Positions 38,362-51,609 are shown, counted from the first letter of the stretch. The stretch: 64,000 nt of DNA from Epiperipatus broadwayi (GCA_028023455.1 JAQFVV010000003.1:3968001-4032000), one strand, 5' to 3'. Notes: generated from the sequence alone by a model not told the origin. Numbers and translations are program-made.

Positions 38362-39800
38362 ATGATAAATTTACAATGGGCAATCCACTTAGCATACAAC
38401 CCATGTGTAGTAACCCTAGCATTTTATTGCTAAACATTTAAAAAATTTGGTTAGATTGCACAAGTTTTGTTAATTTTTAAAAAAAATTATTCATTTCAAT
38501 TAAAAACATGTATGATTCAAAAGTTATTTGATATTTAATATGTTTTTATTTTATTTTATTTTATTATGAATATCACCTGAAGTCAATAACTCATTAATTG
38601 TTATGTTTCATTTTATTTAACCATCAATTTCCATATTTCTATAGCTAGAAAGTCCTAGATGAGGAATATCTCTTATAATTTGAATTATTACTTTGCTCTA
38701 TATTTTCCAAAAAAATTGACTAGTTGATATTTTTTTAAAAAAATTTCTATCACTTTATTTTCTTTCTTCTGTATTTTACAATCTAATGGCTTTCTTTTTT
38801 TTTCTTATTCTTTTATTAAAATATATTTTCACAACACTTTCTTTTCTGTTTTTTTTTTTTCAGTTTGTTTCTGAAGTTCACCTTATTTCCATCTTAACTT
38901 TATTCTAGCCCCTTTTTTAAAGTAACTATCATAATTATCTTTTATTCATTCTAATGGTCTCTTTATATTCCTTTTATGCTTTCTAAAGTATATTTATTTA
39001 ATTATTTCTTATTATTCCTATTATTTCTAAATAAATACTCATTTAAAACTTTCTTAACTCTGTCAGTCCATCTTTGTGAGTTTTAAATTCATCATTCTTT
39101 ATAATTTTTTCCATGGTATTACGGAATCTGATCCCTTTGCATTCATTTTTTATTTCCTATCCGTCCCTATAAATCATTGTATAATGTTCTGGACCTAAAT
39201 TTTCAGACACTCTCAATTCTATTAGTATAAAATTATAAACTTTACTGCACCTTTTTCTTTTTCATCAAATACTTTTTTTTTATCTTCTTCAGTTTCTTTT
39301 TAATATCTTTATATCAAAGTGATATCTAGAAATTATATAATATTCATTGCTACATTAAAAAAATCAATTAATCCCTGCAAAACATGATCTGATCTCAAAT
39401 GTCTTTATTCAACTGCCATGAGAAAAAAACAAATCCCATATCATACATAACAATGTTATTAAGTATTATTAATACAATCCATTTGATGTTAATGTTTGAA
39501 TTATTAATTTAATGGTTTTATTTTAATAAAACCTGTGTTACACATTTTAAAGAATTTTGCATGAGCACATGTAATGAAGTTATGTACAATGGCTTTTTAA
39601 ATGAAGTTAGGAATTTCCATGCATAGACTTGACCAAGTCAAATATTTTCTCACTCTAAAACCATTATATTCCACTTATAAATTCACCACTTCTTGCTCTT
39701 TATTATCCATTATTTTTTCAGCTCTCATTTTTTCTCCTATCCCATTTTAATAAAAGTTGTTTCATTAATTCCATTATCTTATTTTCATATCTCCATTCCC
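36400..39800 (-). mobile_element. Decayed RTE/RTE-X-like LINE
   Basis: AFLNLEKAYDMV at 37723-37758, a GVTR...-like C-terminal remnant near 36620 and an SDH-like remnant near 39390. Strong purine skew on the minus strand. Interrupted by a CAT/CAC/TAC microsatellite at approx. 38312-38360. Confidence 0.65.
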
Positions 39801-40052
39801 ATCCGCTTTAATAAAGATTTATAGAAACCTAAATAAAAATCATAAAAATGTTCTCTTTTTTTTTCCAGATAATTTATTTTATATAAAGTGTATGTATGAA
39901 TAGCGTTATACAGGGAATAATGGATTATTGTTACATATGAGTGGAGATATAGTATAATATTTGATAGAATTACATACAACTTAGCAATAATAAATACTAG
40001 TTAATCTGTGAGATGAATGTATACAGATGATATAAGATTGTGAATTTAACCC

Positions 40053-40364
40053 ACATGTCATTGGACACTACCCATTTGACCACAGCTTCACCAAAACCTT
40101 ACCAAGTTAAGGTTGTAGCCAGGTGTATAGTCCATCATCAGTAATGTCAGATCATCATAGCGACTAATCCAGCTTTATGATTAACATACTGCTGAGATTT
40201 CATTACACAGGTCTTGTGCAGTAGTTTCCATCGAGGGATATGGTCCGCAATAAAGGAAGCTAGTTTTACATGTCAATGGACACCACCCTAGCTGGCCACA
40301 GGTTCACCCACATCTTCCTAAGTAGATGCTGTGCCAAGCATGTAGACTCATCAATTTAGGTGAA
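40053..40364 (+). repeat. Two diverged copies (215-bp spacing) of a structured motif; HDV-like ribozyme candidate
   Basis: ACATGTCA(T/A)TGGACAC(T/C)ACCC...G(A/G)CCACAG..TTCACC...TGT(A/G)GCC at 40053 and 40268. Confidence 0.55.
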
Positions 40365-40717
40365 AATATGGAATAAGAAGAAGGTGTTTAAATATTTAAA
40401 AGCTTTTGCAGTAATTTTGTTCAAGGGATAGGTTAGGCAATGAAGGAAATACTATCCGTGTGATCATGTACAAGGGTCCTTGAAGTTACATATTTTTGTA
40501 GAAGTTTTGAGATGTGGTTCCAGAAATTTCAGTGATGATGAATAGGATATTGAAGAATGATCTGCTTTTGTACTTAAGCTGGCCAAAATTTAATGAGGAA
40601 TAATGAGGATAGTCAGTGAGTTTCCAATATATTTTATTTAGTTAATAAATTTGCATCAGATGGTGATGGCGAGCATTGCTAGCTCTAGTGTTTTAATACA
40701 TTATTCACTAGCAGAGA

Positions 40718-43560
40718 TTAGATTTCAGGTATCTGTAAATGTTCCGATTGTGACAAGAGTCTCATCCTCTTCTTGATCTTGCTCAACTTAGAGAGAACAT
40801 ATTTGCCATCATTGAAGGGCAGGGAAGAGAAAATCTTTTTGGATCTTGCTGTCCATATTGTGTAGGTTAGGAAAATTGACATCCTCATGTTAGCAAATAT
40901 CCTGTTTTTGATGCTTTCTTTGACTGATATTAGTAAGTAGAAATCAGCTTTGATATTGTTATAGATAGTTCTTCTGACCCCTAGTAGTGCAGGACATGAG
41001 TGTATGATATGCTCAAATGTCACCTCTTTGCGATGACAAAGAGGACATATGGGATCAATTTTGGCCATCTCTTCTGACCAATAGAAACTAGTTAGTACTA
41101 AACACCTTCAAGTTGATCTTGATTATGAAGTCAAGGTACTTGGGCTAACTGCCAGAATTTGAAAAGGCCAATAATCTTGAGATTGGTTAAGTTGAGCTCG
41201 CCCTTTGGTGGTGTGTTTTGTGGGAAAATAATGCTTATATGCATCCTAGACTAATTTTGGATATAAGCAAGTCCTGAGCAATGTTTGTGTGATTTGTGAG
41301 GTCTATTCAGTGATCCAGGGTGCCACCAGTAGGTGGCAGATGGTCCATTAGGTAGATTGGCTGCAAGATTTGGTTATAATTATAGTTGTTAATAAGCATG
41401 ACTATTAGGTTGTATGTCCTCTGGAAGTTAATAGCTGGGATGGAATGAAATGACATTCCATTAAACATTTTGTGTTGTTGCATTTGCTTAATACTTATGG
41501 CAGCAGTTTTACCTCCCCAAAACAATCTAGCTGCCAATGCGTTGATTCTATTGATAAATATGTTTGTCACCTTTATCATGGGCAAATAGTAGCTTATTTT
41601 TGGTCATTACCTTCCCAAGATTCTCACCTTTCCATATAGTGACATATATACTTTGGAGAGTCTTTTAGTTAGTTTATCAGTTGCTTCTATGATTTCTCTA
41701 TGCACCTCCCTTGACATCTCTGCAAGTGATTATGATATTGCACAGCCCAAGAATTTTTGGGGTTCCACATTAAATTGAGAGTTTATTTTGCTGCCTGAGT
41801 ATATTTTCCAAGCCGATGATTTAGCCAGGTTGACTTGTAAACCAAATTTGCCTGAATATTATTTGATAATTGTATACAGCTGGTTTAAATATTTGTGTGA
41901 AGGGAGAAATATGAGAACATCGTCCATGAAGGTAACAACTTTTATATATATGTCTTCCTATTCTAGGGACAAAGATACCAGGGAGTAGATTTTCAATTGC
42001 TTTTATCAATGGATTCATATAAGAAATTTAATAAAGGGCACTGAGTGGTGAGCCCTGTGGAATTGACATCTCTGGGATGAATGGTGGAGTTATTTTTTCA
42101 TTTAGAGATAAGTGAATCTCTCTGTTATTGAGAAGGTTGTCTATTATTTGCATAATTGAATTAGATATCTGGTGGTCATTTCTATCAGTCTATTTATTCT
42201 TATGGAATCAAAAGCAGCTGTAATGGCAAATTGTACAGCAATTGGGTTTTGCTTCTTTATTGATCTGACATAGTCTATTAGTGTTTGTGTTTGACTTATG
42301 GCCATTACAGAAGAAGAGCCTTTCTTTGCAAACTGAAACTCAGAAATATGTTGAAGTCTCTTGTCCTGTATGTGATCTTTTATTATTGACTCAATCACTT
42401 TAATTAGGAGGGGTGACATTGAGATTGGCCTTGTATTATCTATAGATTGCCTCTTTTCTTTCTTTTTCACAAATGGAACCAGAGCAATTGGGTACAGATG
42501 TGGTATTACTCTTTTCATGCTAGAGAGATGGTCTATCATTTTATGTATGATAGGAAAAGCAATGTTACTTAGGTGGTAGAGCAAGAATTTGGATATTCCA
42601 TGCATGCCTGGGTGAATAGTATCAGGCATGGTTTTGATTTTGTTATGTATTGTTTCTTTTGTAATGTTGTGTTCTTGAATGTGTGCTGTTTTTTCCCAGC
42701 TATCATCAATGACTCTGGTTTCTCTTTGAAGTATCTGCTCAAAGTGTTTTTGAATCTTGTTTAGCATGGGCATGCCTACCAAAGATTGATCATCAATGCT
42801 CAGCACTGTTGGAGTATAAGCCTTCTTCTCTTTCCCCAAAGCTTATCTAAGATAACCTCTGGTCTAACAATGCTGTTCTGAAAGAAAAACCTTGGCTTTC
42901 TTGATTGAGATATATTCAGCCAAGGCCCTCTGTTTGGCTCTGTATGTCTATTTTAACTTCAATATTTTTTCTATGTTATATTGGATTGAAGTATGGAGTT
43001 TCATCTTTTCACTTAGCATGTCTAAATCTTTTATTAACAACAGTAGTCATTTCATCTTGTGTATGTGGTGGACTATTATTGTCTGAAGAATGTTGATGAG
43101 GGAAAACCAAGCCTCTTCTGCCAGCCTATCCAAAATCTTTACTTTTTAAAAGTAAATGTATGCTTCTGATATTATGGCCTCTGTCATATTGGCCTTGGTT
43201 AACATCTTTATTATGTTATTAGAGGTAGGAGTTGCACTGTTTAGAGATTCCACTTGGACTATGATTGCTAGGTGGTCAGAAAACATCACATGCTCTAAGT
43301 GAGCTTCAAGTTGGAAGTGTATGTCTGGTGTATAGAATAGCAGATCAATAAGTGACATATTTTTTGATGTAGAATGAGTATGAGTTGTGAGGAAAGAATC
43401 CATCCCCACTCATCACACATCTGCTGATTAGGTGTATGTAGTTTGAGTATGGTATATTAAAGTCACCCATGATGATAGTTGGTGTGCTTCTATTGGCCAT
43501 GGTCATGTTGATGATTTTGGTAAATTTTGGTGCCGAATTTTCTGTGTACACATATATGAG
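40718..43560 (-). mobile_element. Decayed L1-clade (Tx1-like) LINE ORF2
   Basis: APE: IIMGDFN, SLIDLLF, FSDHL. RT: TRPISM, TAAFDSI, IPQGSPLS, FMDD (41919-41930), KFLG. Also LFWGGK...I and a C-terminal CPLC-x7-H-x4-C knuckle. Several frameshifts. Confidence 0.85.
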
Positions 43561-43599
43561 ATGATCGACATGTTAGCATACGTCATATCAATTGAGATG

Positions 43600-44260
43600 A
43601 CAAAAATGTTCTCTTTTCCTCTCTTTATTAAAAAAAATTTCCCATTCTGTATACAATTTATTCTAATCCTCTTTCAATATTCTACACTCCAAAAATAATC
43701 GTTCAATACTTCCAAATCTTTGTGCAATTTTTGCCTTCTTAGTCTTATATTTAAAATTCCTGCCTTTGCACCAAATAAAAATAAGCTTTCTTTACTATTA
43801 TTATATATTCTTTAATATTTTATATATTTATATATTTATTTTAATTAGAAATTGTTTTTTATATTCATAATCATTTTCCATAACCCTATTTCTTTTTCAC
43901 TAACCAACTTAATTATTCTCTTTCTCTTATAATTATATACTTGTAACATATTTTCTATATATTTACTTTATAGTATATCTTATATAAAATCAGAAACAAA
44001 TTACCTATTTTTTAATTTTGCATAGTAAAAAAAAATCTTTCTGGTCCAAGTCCTTCTTTTACTTTCTACATAGTTCTATTAAACATTATTTTTATTGTAG
44101 TCTTCTAAACAATTTTAATTTACTTTTAATTTTCTTTATCGAAAAAAAAAGTACATTCCATTTTCCCTTAAATAGCCTCATTTGTAATCCACAAACAATT
44201 TACCAATCAATGCTACTTCTTTTTGTATTCTATCTTTAAAAAACATTATTTCCAATGATA
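43600..44260 (-). mobile_element. 3' fragment of the same decayed RTE-like family as 36400-39800
   Basis: Shared blocks such as TACACTCCAAAAA and TTGCA(C/T)CAAATAAAAATAAGCTTTC at approx. 36635-36755 and 43684-43790. Confidence 0.55.
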
Positions 44261-47210
44261 TCTTTGACAAATAGATAGTACTGACAGCATTATGTGAAAA
44301 ATAATAATCGTTAAAGCTAAAAAGAAAACATATTAAGAAAGATAAATAAATAAAATGGTTCAGGGTATTTAATATTGTGAATCTCTAGGGCATACGAATT
44401 TTTTTTGTCATTAGTTATCTCTGGGTTTTTGTTTTTTTTTCAAAAAAAAAACAATAATGCTTTCAGTAGAAATTTCCTTGTTATATTTTTAATTATAGTA
44501 CTCAGTTGTTTTTTTTTTTTTAAAAAAAGAAAGACTGGACTTAAATTTCATAATAAATTATTTCTCGACTAGTAGTCATTAAAAATAATAATGAATTAAG
44601 TTTTGCTAATTAATAAATACTGCAATTTTATGATGACAAAAATTATATCGCAGACTTTTTTCTTTTTGTAATTTCTAACAACCCGCAGCAAATGATTACA
44701 ATAAAACAAAGGAAGTGTGAAAGTGTTTTAAAAAAGTGAGAGAAAATAAAGAATAATAACTTATAAGAAAGACTTAATGATTAAAAGGCGTGCAAAACAA
44801 AGTATTAAGTTTAAGGTTATATTGTATACTCGCTTTATGTAAAAGGCTCATTAAAGTTTATAACGTACGGTTATAAATATGTTCTAAATATTTATAGACT
44901 AGAGTAAATTTTTAAGGCGTGGCAAACAAAAGTGGATTAAATGTCATCTACAAAACCTACATCTGCCTTCAGATACACATATCTACGCATTAATCAGTTT
45001 TTAAAAGCAAGCAATATATACAGATACATACATATACATGTGGATTTTAATAAAGCAATAAAATATTACAAACAAATAATAATACAGTACTTGATCATCA
45101 TTATTTGTAACTCATTACTGCCTACTAATTCTTATCACAATTTATTCTAGTATTTTTACATTTAAAAATATATCGTAAGCTTTAATAATTCTTTTATTTA
45201 ATTAAATCTTATACTAATCTGTTAGCTTTCACATATTCTACATATAATTCCGATTGTCGTGATTTAACTAGCAATTGGCGAATATCTGTGTCATTTATTC
45301 TTTATAAATAAATTTTAAAAGTTCAAATTCTGTAAACCAATGATCTTCATACTAAAAATCTCACATCTAGTTCCATAAAAATATTTTAGAATAAATCAAT
45401 AATTGTAAAAGAGGGAAATGTATTTAAATTCCAATAGGATGATTGGAAAATTATATTTGTTGGTGAATATGGAATAATTACATTTTTAATAACTAACAAC
45501 AAACACTTTTTGTTATTTTATGGTAACAACGTATTTTTTATTTTCATTCTGTATTGTAAGATTTTTGAGACCTTTTCTAGTGTAGGATCACGATCATTTG
45601 TATCATTTGCTATTTTAGCATCTCACATATAAAAAATTGGAAAACGTTATTGTAAAGAGCCATATATTGTACACTGGACAATAATATTTTCTAATTTAAT
45701 CTATCAAAGAAATAAAAAATAATCTAATCGGATGTTGCTTGAGATATCATAATGATATTGGAGCAAGAACTTTATCTCTAGAATTTGAAACTCTTCCACT
45801 ATGCTTGAACTGCACAGAACATTTAAAAAAATTGTTCATTTCAGGCATATATATACTAAATGGAAAACTTACCTCTTCAGATGACATAAATAGATAGAGC
45901 TATAGTTTTAAGATGGTAAAGATAAAATTAAGGTATTGTCACCAATAGAATATACATTTTTATATATTTATTCACTAAACCAATAGAATATACTACATTT
46001 TTATATATTTGTTCACCAATAATGAAGAATACATCATATTGTAGCTATCAAACGATGATACTAAATTTTATGGTACTTAATTCTGGTCTGTCTATAAACC
46101 ATCAATAACTAGTTGAGCTACTCAAATATTCAAACAATCTTACAACAAAATATAAGATATTGATGAGTGTTTCTACTTACAAACATTTTTTTTAATGAAC
46201 TCAAATGTTAGTAACATTGAATTCTCATAGAGTAGTAATATACATAAAGACAACCATGGTCTCAGCACCCATTGGAATGGGACATATTCAGGTTTGCATA
46301 CAGTTAGTGCAGGGCTCAATTGGATATTTCTTGTGTGACCCCTTAAACTTGTATAAAAAAAATTTGTATCTAAATCTATCTTCAATGGATAGGATTACTA
46401 AATTGTTTAGCCTATGTTGGGTCATAGTTAATCTTAAGTACCCTTTTATTAGTTTTAATCAAGAAAATGTCCTTTCCCCAGAAGCAACAGACTCTAATAT
46501 AGTTAAATATATCCAAAGAGCAGTAAAGAAATTAGAAAAAACTATAGTTTTATTATATTATACTCTGCTAGAAATTGAAACAGTTTACAAGGCTTTCCAT
46601 AATATTCTAATGAAAAATAGTTTTTAGAATTTTCATTTCATTGTCAATATATTGCCATCTAAATCGATCTCCTATGCAAAATCAATAGATGAATCTTGTT
46701 CTATTTTAGTATTTATCAGAGCAATTTCTGTGTTGCATGCTTTTTTTGTTTGCCTTTTTTGCATTTTTTTAAATTTTTTCAAAAATCCAAATAAATTTAT
46801 ATGATTATTCAATTGTTCAGATCAAATTTGTAATGGTTGTTTAGTTTTATTCAGAACTACATTTAAAAAAATTACTTTAAACAGTTCTTCAGGATTAATA
46901 GTTGGCTCATCATCGACTTCATGACTAAAAAAATTTTTTCTCAATGTTTTATTTTGAAATCCTATACTTATCTCCAAATCTTCTGTGAGTATTTTTGCTT
47001 CAACTAAAACTTGTTCAAACACAGAATCACTGTATTTGGTCAATCAACATAATAGTTTTCAAATGAAGAAAGCACTACAGAAATATTCATGGAATCAATT
47101 TGAAGTTCCTTGTTAACAAAATTTTCCCGAATGAGTAAATCATACTAAAAAAATGAGGAATAGGATAAACTTGTAATCTTTTATTGAATATGCAAGTGAT
47201 GTGATATATA

Positions 47211-47405
47211 TCTACTTTGAACACTTTTTAGAAAAAAAAAACCTTTTATTGTACACATATGCATACACAGTCTTACACTTTGACTGTCTTGCAGTTTTTT
47301 TCAGAGTAGAATGGCTCTGAAGAAGACTGTAGGACAGTCAAAATATAAGATTGTGTATGCATATGTGTACATAAAAGGTTTTTGCTAAAAAGTGTTCAAA
47401 GTAGA
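47211..47405. repeat. 195-bp foldback made of two head-to-head hammerhead-bearing termini
   Basis: Arms of about 95 bp around a loop of about 6 nt. Plus arm: GCU-CUGAAGA-A-GACUG/UAGGA/CAGUC-AAAA-UAUA-AGA (47314-47350). Minus arm: ACU-CUGAAAA-A-AACUG/CAAGA/CAGUC-AAAG-UGUA-AGA. Inserted within the fossil hAT. Confidence 0.85.
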
Positions 47406-48785
47406 GTGGATATAGTGCATTTATATAAGATATTACAGCAAAATAAAATAAAAAGATAAATTTGATAATACGCAAGTGATTCTGCATTACTTTTAACTTA
47501 AAGATTTTTCTGATGTTTCTGATATCTCAAGAAGTGCATCATAGACTTCACCTACTTGATATCCTACCAACTTAACACTTTGAATGTGTCATCTTCACCT
47601 TGTATCATAAAGAGGCTTCATAATAAGATCTTTAACATATGAGAATTAAATACTCTTTGTGGGTGATGATAATAGAAAATAAAGACATTGAAATATACAA
47701 AAAAATAAATGCATTATGGCAAGTTTTAAACTTTCCTCCCAAAACAAAATTATAATTATGACAAGCACAGGGTGTACAAAAATGTTTCTTGATTTTTTTT
47801 AAGAGTCTAGCCTGAACTCCATAAATTTTCTCTTCATTTTGTCCCTGACATTATTAATATTTAATCCGAGAGGATTTTCTCACTTCAGCATAGCATATAA
47901 ATTTTCTCTGTAATTTTTTTCTACATAAATTTAATAAACTGTTCATAAACATTAATGATTGGTCCATGTGATATATCATCAGGAATATGTCTGAATTTAA
48001 AGGATATTTATTATTAGCAAATGATATCTGGAATATAGTTGTTAATTACAGCAAAATACTTTACTGATTTTATTCTACTTATAATGTGAGTTGGGATTTT
48101 ACTTCCCATAAATTCACTAATTCATTTTATATTGTTTTGCTTAGATAAGGTTCTTGATTTTGTTTACTGGCAATTCTTAATAGAGGGTCTTGAATTATTG
48201 GGTCAAACTTCTCAAGCAGTTCAATAATTTCTAGAATGTTTCCACTATATGAATCATTTATGTTTTCAATAGATCCTCAAAATTCCAAATTATTCTAAAA
48301 CCTTTATCACTGATAATAACCTTTCAAAAACATGACATAATTGCAATTTTTATTGATTCAGTAATTTGTGTTGTACCTTATGTATACTTTTCACCATTAA
48401 AAATCTTTTTTAAAGTTCTGAACATTTTAACATTGTAACAAAATTCTTCTTTGATTTTTTATGTTTTGCCAGTCTGGTGTGAGTATTCAATCAATTATTG
48501 AATCCTGATGTAATCAAAGCAATCAATTGTCATACCTTCATGGAAAACAGAATATATTCTATAGGTATAAAATATGATTTCACCATTTGGAAGTTTTTTT
48601 TTAAGATGAACTTTTGTAAAATGAGTTCCATTATTTTGGCAGAGAAATTCATCCACAAGAATTTTTAGTGATCTTTTTTTCACTAAATCTATTGTTTTCT
48701 GGTTCATTCTCTCTGACTAGATAGCAGGATCATCAGTTATATCTAGTATCATTAACAGTACTTGAATATTAAAGCTATAACATGG

Positions 48786-48994
48786 AGCATGTATTAGATC
48801 TACTGTGCCTGTTCACATTTGTATCAATCTGCTGATAACTTTGTAATCTTGTTATCTTACTATCTTGTACATGATTTTCTTTGGCAAAAAAAGAAAGAGT
48901 ACACGGATCTTGTACATGGTATTTTAGTAAGAATTACAAAGTTATTGAGAGATTGATATGAATGTCAACAGAAACAGTAGGTCTAATACATGCT
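48786..48994. repeat. 209-bp foldback (MITE-like)
   Basis: AGCATGTATTAGATCTACTGT...GATAACTTTGTAAT versus ATTACAAAGTTATT...ACAGTAGGTCTAATACATGCT; arms of about 60-80 bp. Confidence 0.8.
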
Positions 48995-51289
48995 GCCTGT
49001 TGTAGGACTAAAAATAAGTAAAAATAAAAAAAATAGTAAAACTTACAATATTAACAAAAAACTTTTAAGAGTGACATTTTTTAATAATGACATTTAAAAT
49101 AAAATTTCAACATTAACAAGTTTCCAAAAAAAAAAAAATGTGACTTTCACAAATATGTACGACTTTCAACATTAAAAAAAAAAAGTGACTTGAAAAAAAA
49201 GATGTGACTTAACGAACTAACAACTTTTAAGAATGACATTTAAAATAAAAATAAAATGCGATATTACAATAATGAGCCCATTAATCAAAAAAATAGTTAG
49301 TTTAAATATACACCAAACAAACAGTAAATGATTTTGATTTTTAAGTAATTTGGCTAAAAATACATTAAGTATATTCCTATGATATTTACCATGTAATATA
49401 TAACAGGAATTTACATGTTAAAAAAGTTTTTGTAATACTATTACCACAGAAAATGGAGATCTGCAGTAAAAAATTTTACTCCAAAAATGAAACCACATGA
49501 TTACAAAGTATGCTGGGATTTTCATAAAACTGCTAATAAATGTCTTTTTTTTATATATAAAGAAATTAAATCAAAACTAAAAAAAAAATACATATTAATT
49601 ACTACACTTTTATTAAATTTTTATATAAAATATTTGTCTGTTTCCCTATATAAGCCACCAAACATCCACATCCCCTTGTGAATGCCAATTTTAGTGCTAC
49701 ATCCTCAGACATTAATGAAAAATACAACAAATAACTGAAAATGTTGAAGTATTACAAAAAAAAAAGATTGCATTGAAAAAAAATTGTGTTGCTAAAAAAA
49801 AAAAATATTTTCATGTATACTCACATGGATTATTTTCTTTCAATTTGATATCATCACATCATTACACAATTATTGTGGGTGTGAAAAGGCCTCCAATCTA
49901 CCCTATATTGCAGCTTTAATACTCAAGTACCTCATTAACTATCTTTTTATTCCAAGGCACACCACACTGAATTATTTCCATGACATTGTTTCTTTTTTAT
50001 ACTGTGTTTTTTCAGTATTATTATCTATTTCCAACTTTATATCCTGGACGTCTTTTTTGGAGACATTTTCATTTATATTAATGTTTTCATCTTTTTAATT
50101 GGTCCCTTCTGATTTTCTGCCACCATTACGAAGTCTTAAAAAATTGTGAAAAATACTTTTTTGCTTTTCAACTATAATTTTTGTTATTGCATTTAATTAT
50201 TTTTTGGTACTACCACTTTGGTATCTTTTGCCCACATCTCTTTCTATTTTGAATTGCACAACCTATGAAAAAATAGTTATAATGTTAAGAGTTCTTTACA
50301 AAGGCAAATAATTTTGTATTAAACTTTTTCAATTTTCATTAAAATAATCAAGAATACTTTCATAAATTTCTATTAATTAAAAAATAATGAAAAATTGCCA
50401 CAAGCAATATAAGTTAGCAGTTTAGAATTTTAAAGGTTTAAGAGTAATATTTAACATTTTAAAGTAATTAATTGCCTAACTAATTTTTTTTAAATTAGGG
50501 TATTTTATGTAACAATAATATCAACAACAAGTTTAACATAGATAAGTTTATTGAATTGTTCATCAAGTTGCCAGCATATAATAATTAAACTATATTAATT
50601 AAAATTAGTTACTTCGCTGTAGAAATAATTCACATATATGTAAATAACTTAATTCACAATTTAGTAAAATAAATTGTACCAATTTATTTGGCCAAGGTAA
50701 TTTTTTTAAAGATTTCACATGCCATAATTTTATTTTTTGCAATTGTGTGGAATATAACTTGCTATGTGCATGTTATGCACAGCAAGAGAATTGACAGAAG
50801 CAGCAATATATTAGTCACCTCTGAGTTGTAACAAAGATAACTGACAATAATGTAAAAATAAATAAATTGAATATGTATATATAGATGTTTCTGATTATTG
50901 TAATTTTTGAATAATGAGTTATATTTTTTAAATATAATTTTTAATTGCATAAACTTTGACAGTTGCAGGGCTCCCTTCAAGCACAAGCATGTTTCGATGC
51001 AATTGGTCCAATTGACTCTTATCTTATGCTAATGCATTGCTTTTATCTGACTAACTCTGATTAATCTGAGATCTATATTCTCTAACTAAAAATAGGCAGA
51101 TATTAAGAGCATATTCTATAATACCGGCAAGATGCCGGGCACCTTTTTTTTTTCAATGTAAATTTATAGTTGGATATTCTTAATAATACACATAATGTAC
51201 AAAAAATATTTATTTGATTACAATATAATACAATAATTTATAAGAAATTTTAAAAATTAAATTTATTTGTATCAGATAAATAATTTTTT

Positions 51290-51371
51290 ATCGTGTTCAG
51301 ATAGCGGCAGGCACATGTAAAATGGTCTGTGGGTGCCATGGTGCCCATGGGCATAGTGTTGGGGACCCCTG
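51290..51371 (-). mobile_element. hAT/Charlie-type terminal fragment
   Basis: Minus strand begins CAGGGGTCCCCAACACTATGCCCATGGGCACCATGGCACCC. No convincing partner TIR or TSD found. Confidence 0.5.
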
Positions 51372-51609
51372 CTATAATGAGTAATATATAATATAGTATA
51401 GCAAGCAGATTAATAAGAATTATATGTTGTAAATGTGCTGCATACATTATTTAAATGTCTAATTATATAATTAATGCATTTTAGAGCTAAACTTTGTAAT
51501 ATTATTATGATGAAAGCATTTAATCTGTTTCTATTAAATCACTGTGAAATGAAATATGTTATAATAATAATAGACAATAGAAAACAGATTTTCAAAATAA
51601 TATTAAAAC

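Larger units (their letters stand above)
46200..50270 (-). pseudogene. Fossil hAT transposase (Tip100/Blackjack, ZMYM1-like type)
   Basis: Motifs in order: KRYQSGSTKK (N-terminus, approx. 50200), HFTKVHLKKKLPNGE...IYS (TTF-like zinc finger), KYFAVINNYIPDI, FCTPCACHNYNF, FSHEVDDEPTINPEELFKVIFL, and the dimerisation motif SVASGERTFS*LKLIKGYLRLTMTQHRLNNLVILSIE (46377-46500). TIRs not located. Confidence 0.88.

Noticed and set aside
41788-41988. Plus-strand ORF containing QADD
   Set aside because: Coincidental; the real catalytic motif is FMDD on the minus strand within the L1-like ORF2.
45810-45901. 27-nt minus-strand exon candidate (LYLFMSSEE) with good splice sites and a 63-nt intron
   Set aside because: The spliced frame stops after about 25 codons, and the plus strand offers equally weak alternative readings.
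50980-51135. Possible PIF/Harbinger-type terminus (GCCGGTATTATAG on the minus strand)
   Set aside because: No partner TIR or TSD found.
50966-51371. Pairing CAGGGCTCCC (50966) with the hAT end at 51371 as one MITE
   Set aside because: The TIR match is short and the flanking 8-mers (GACAGTTG versus CTATAATG) do not form a TSD.
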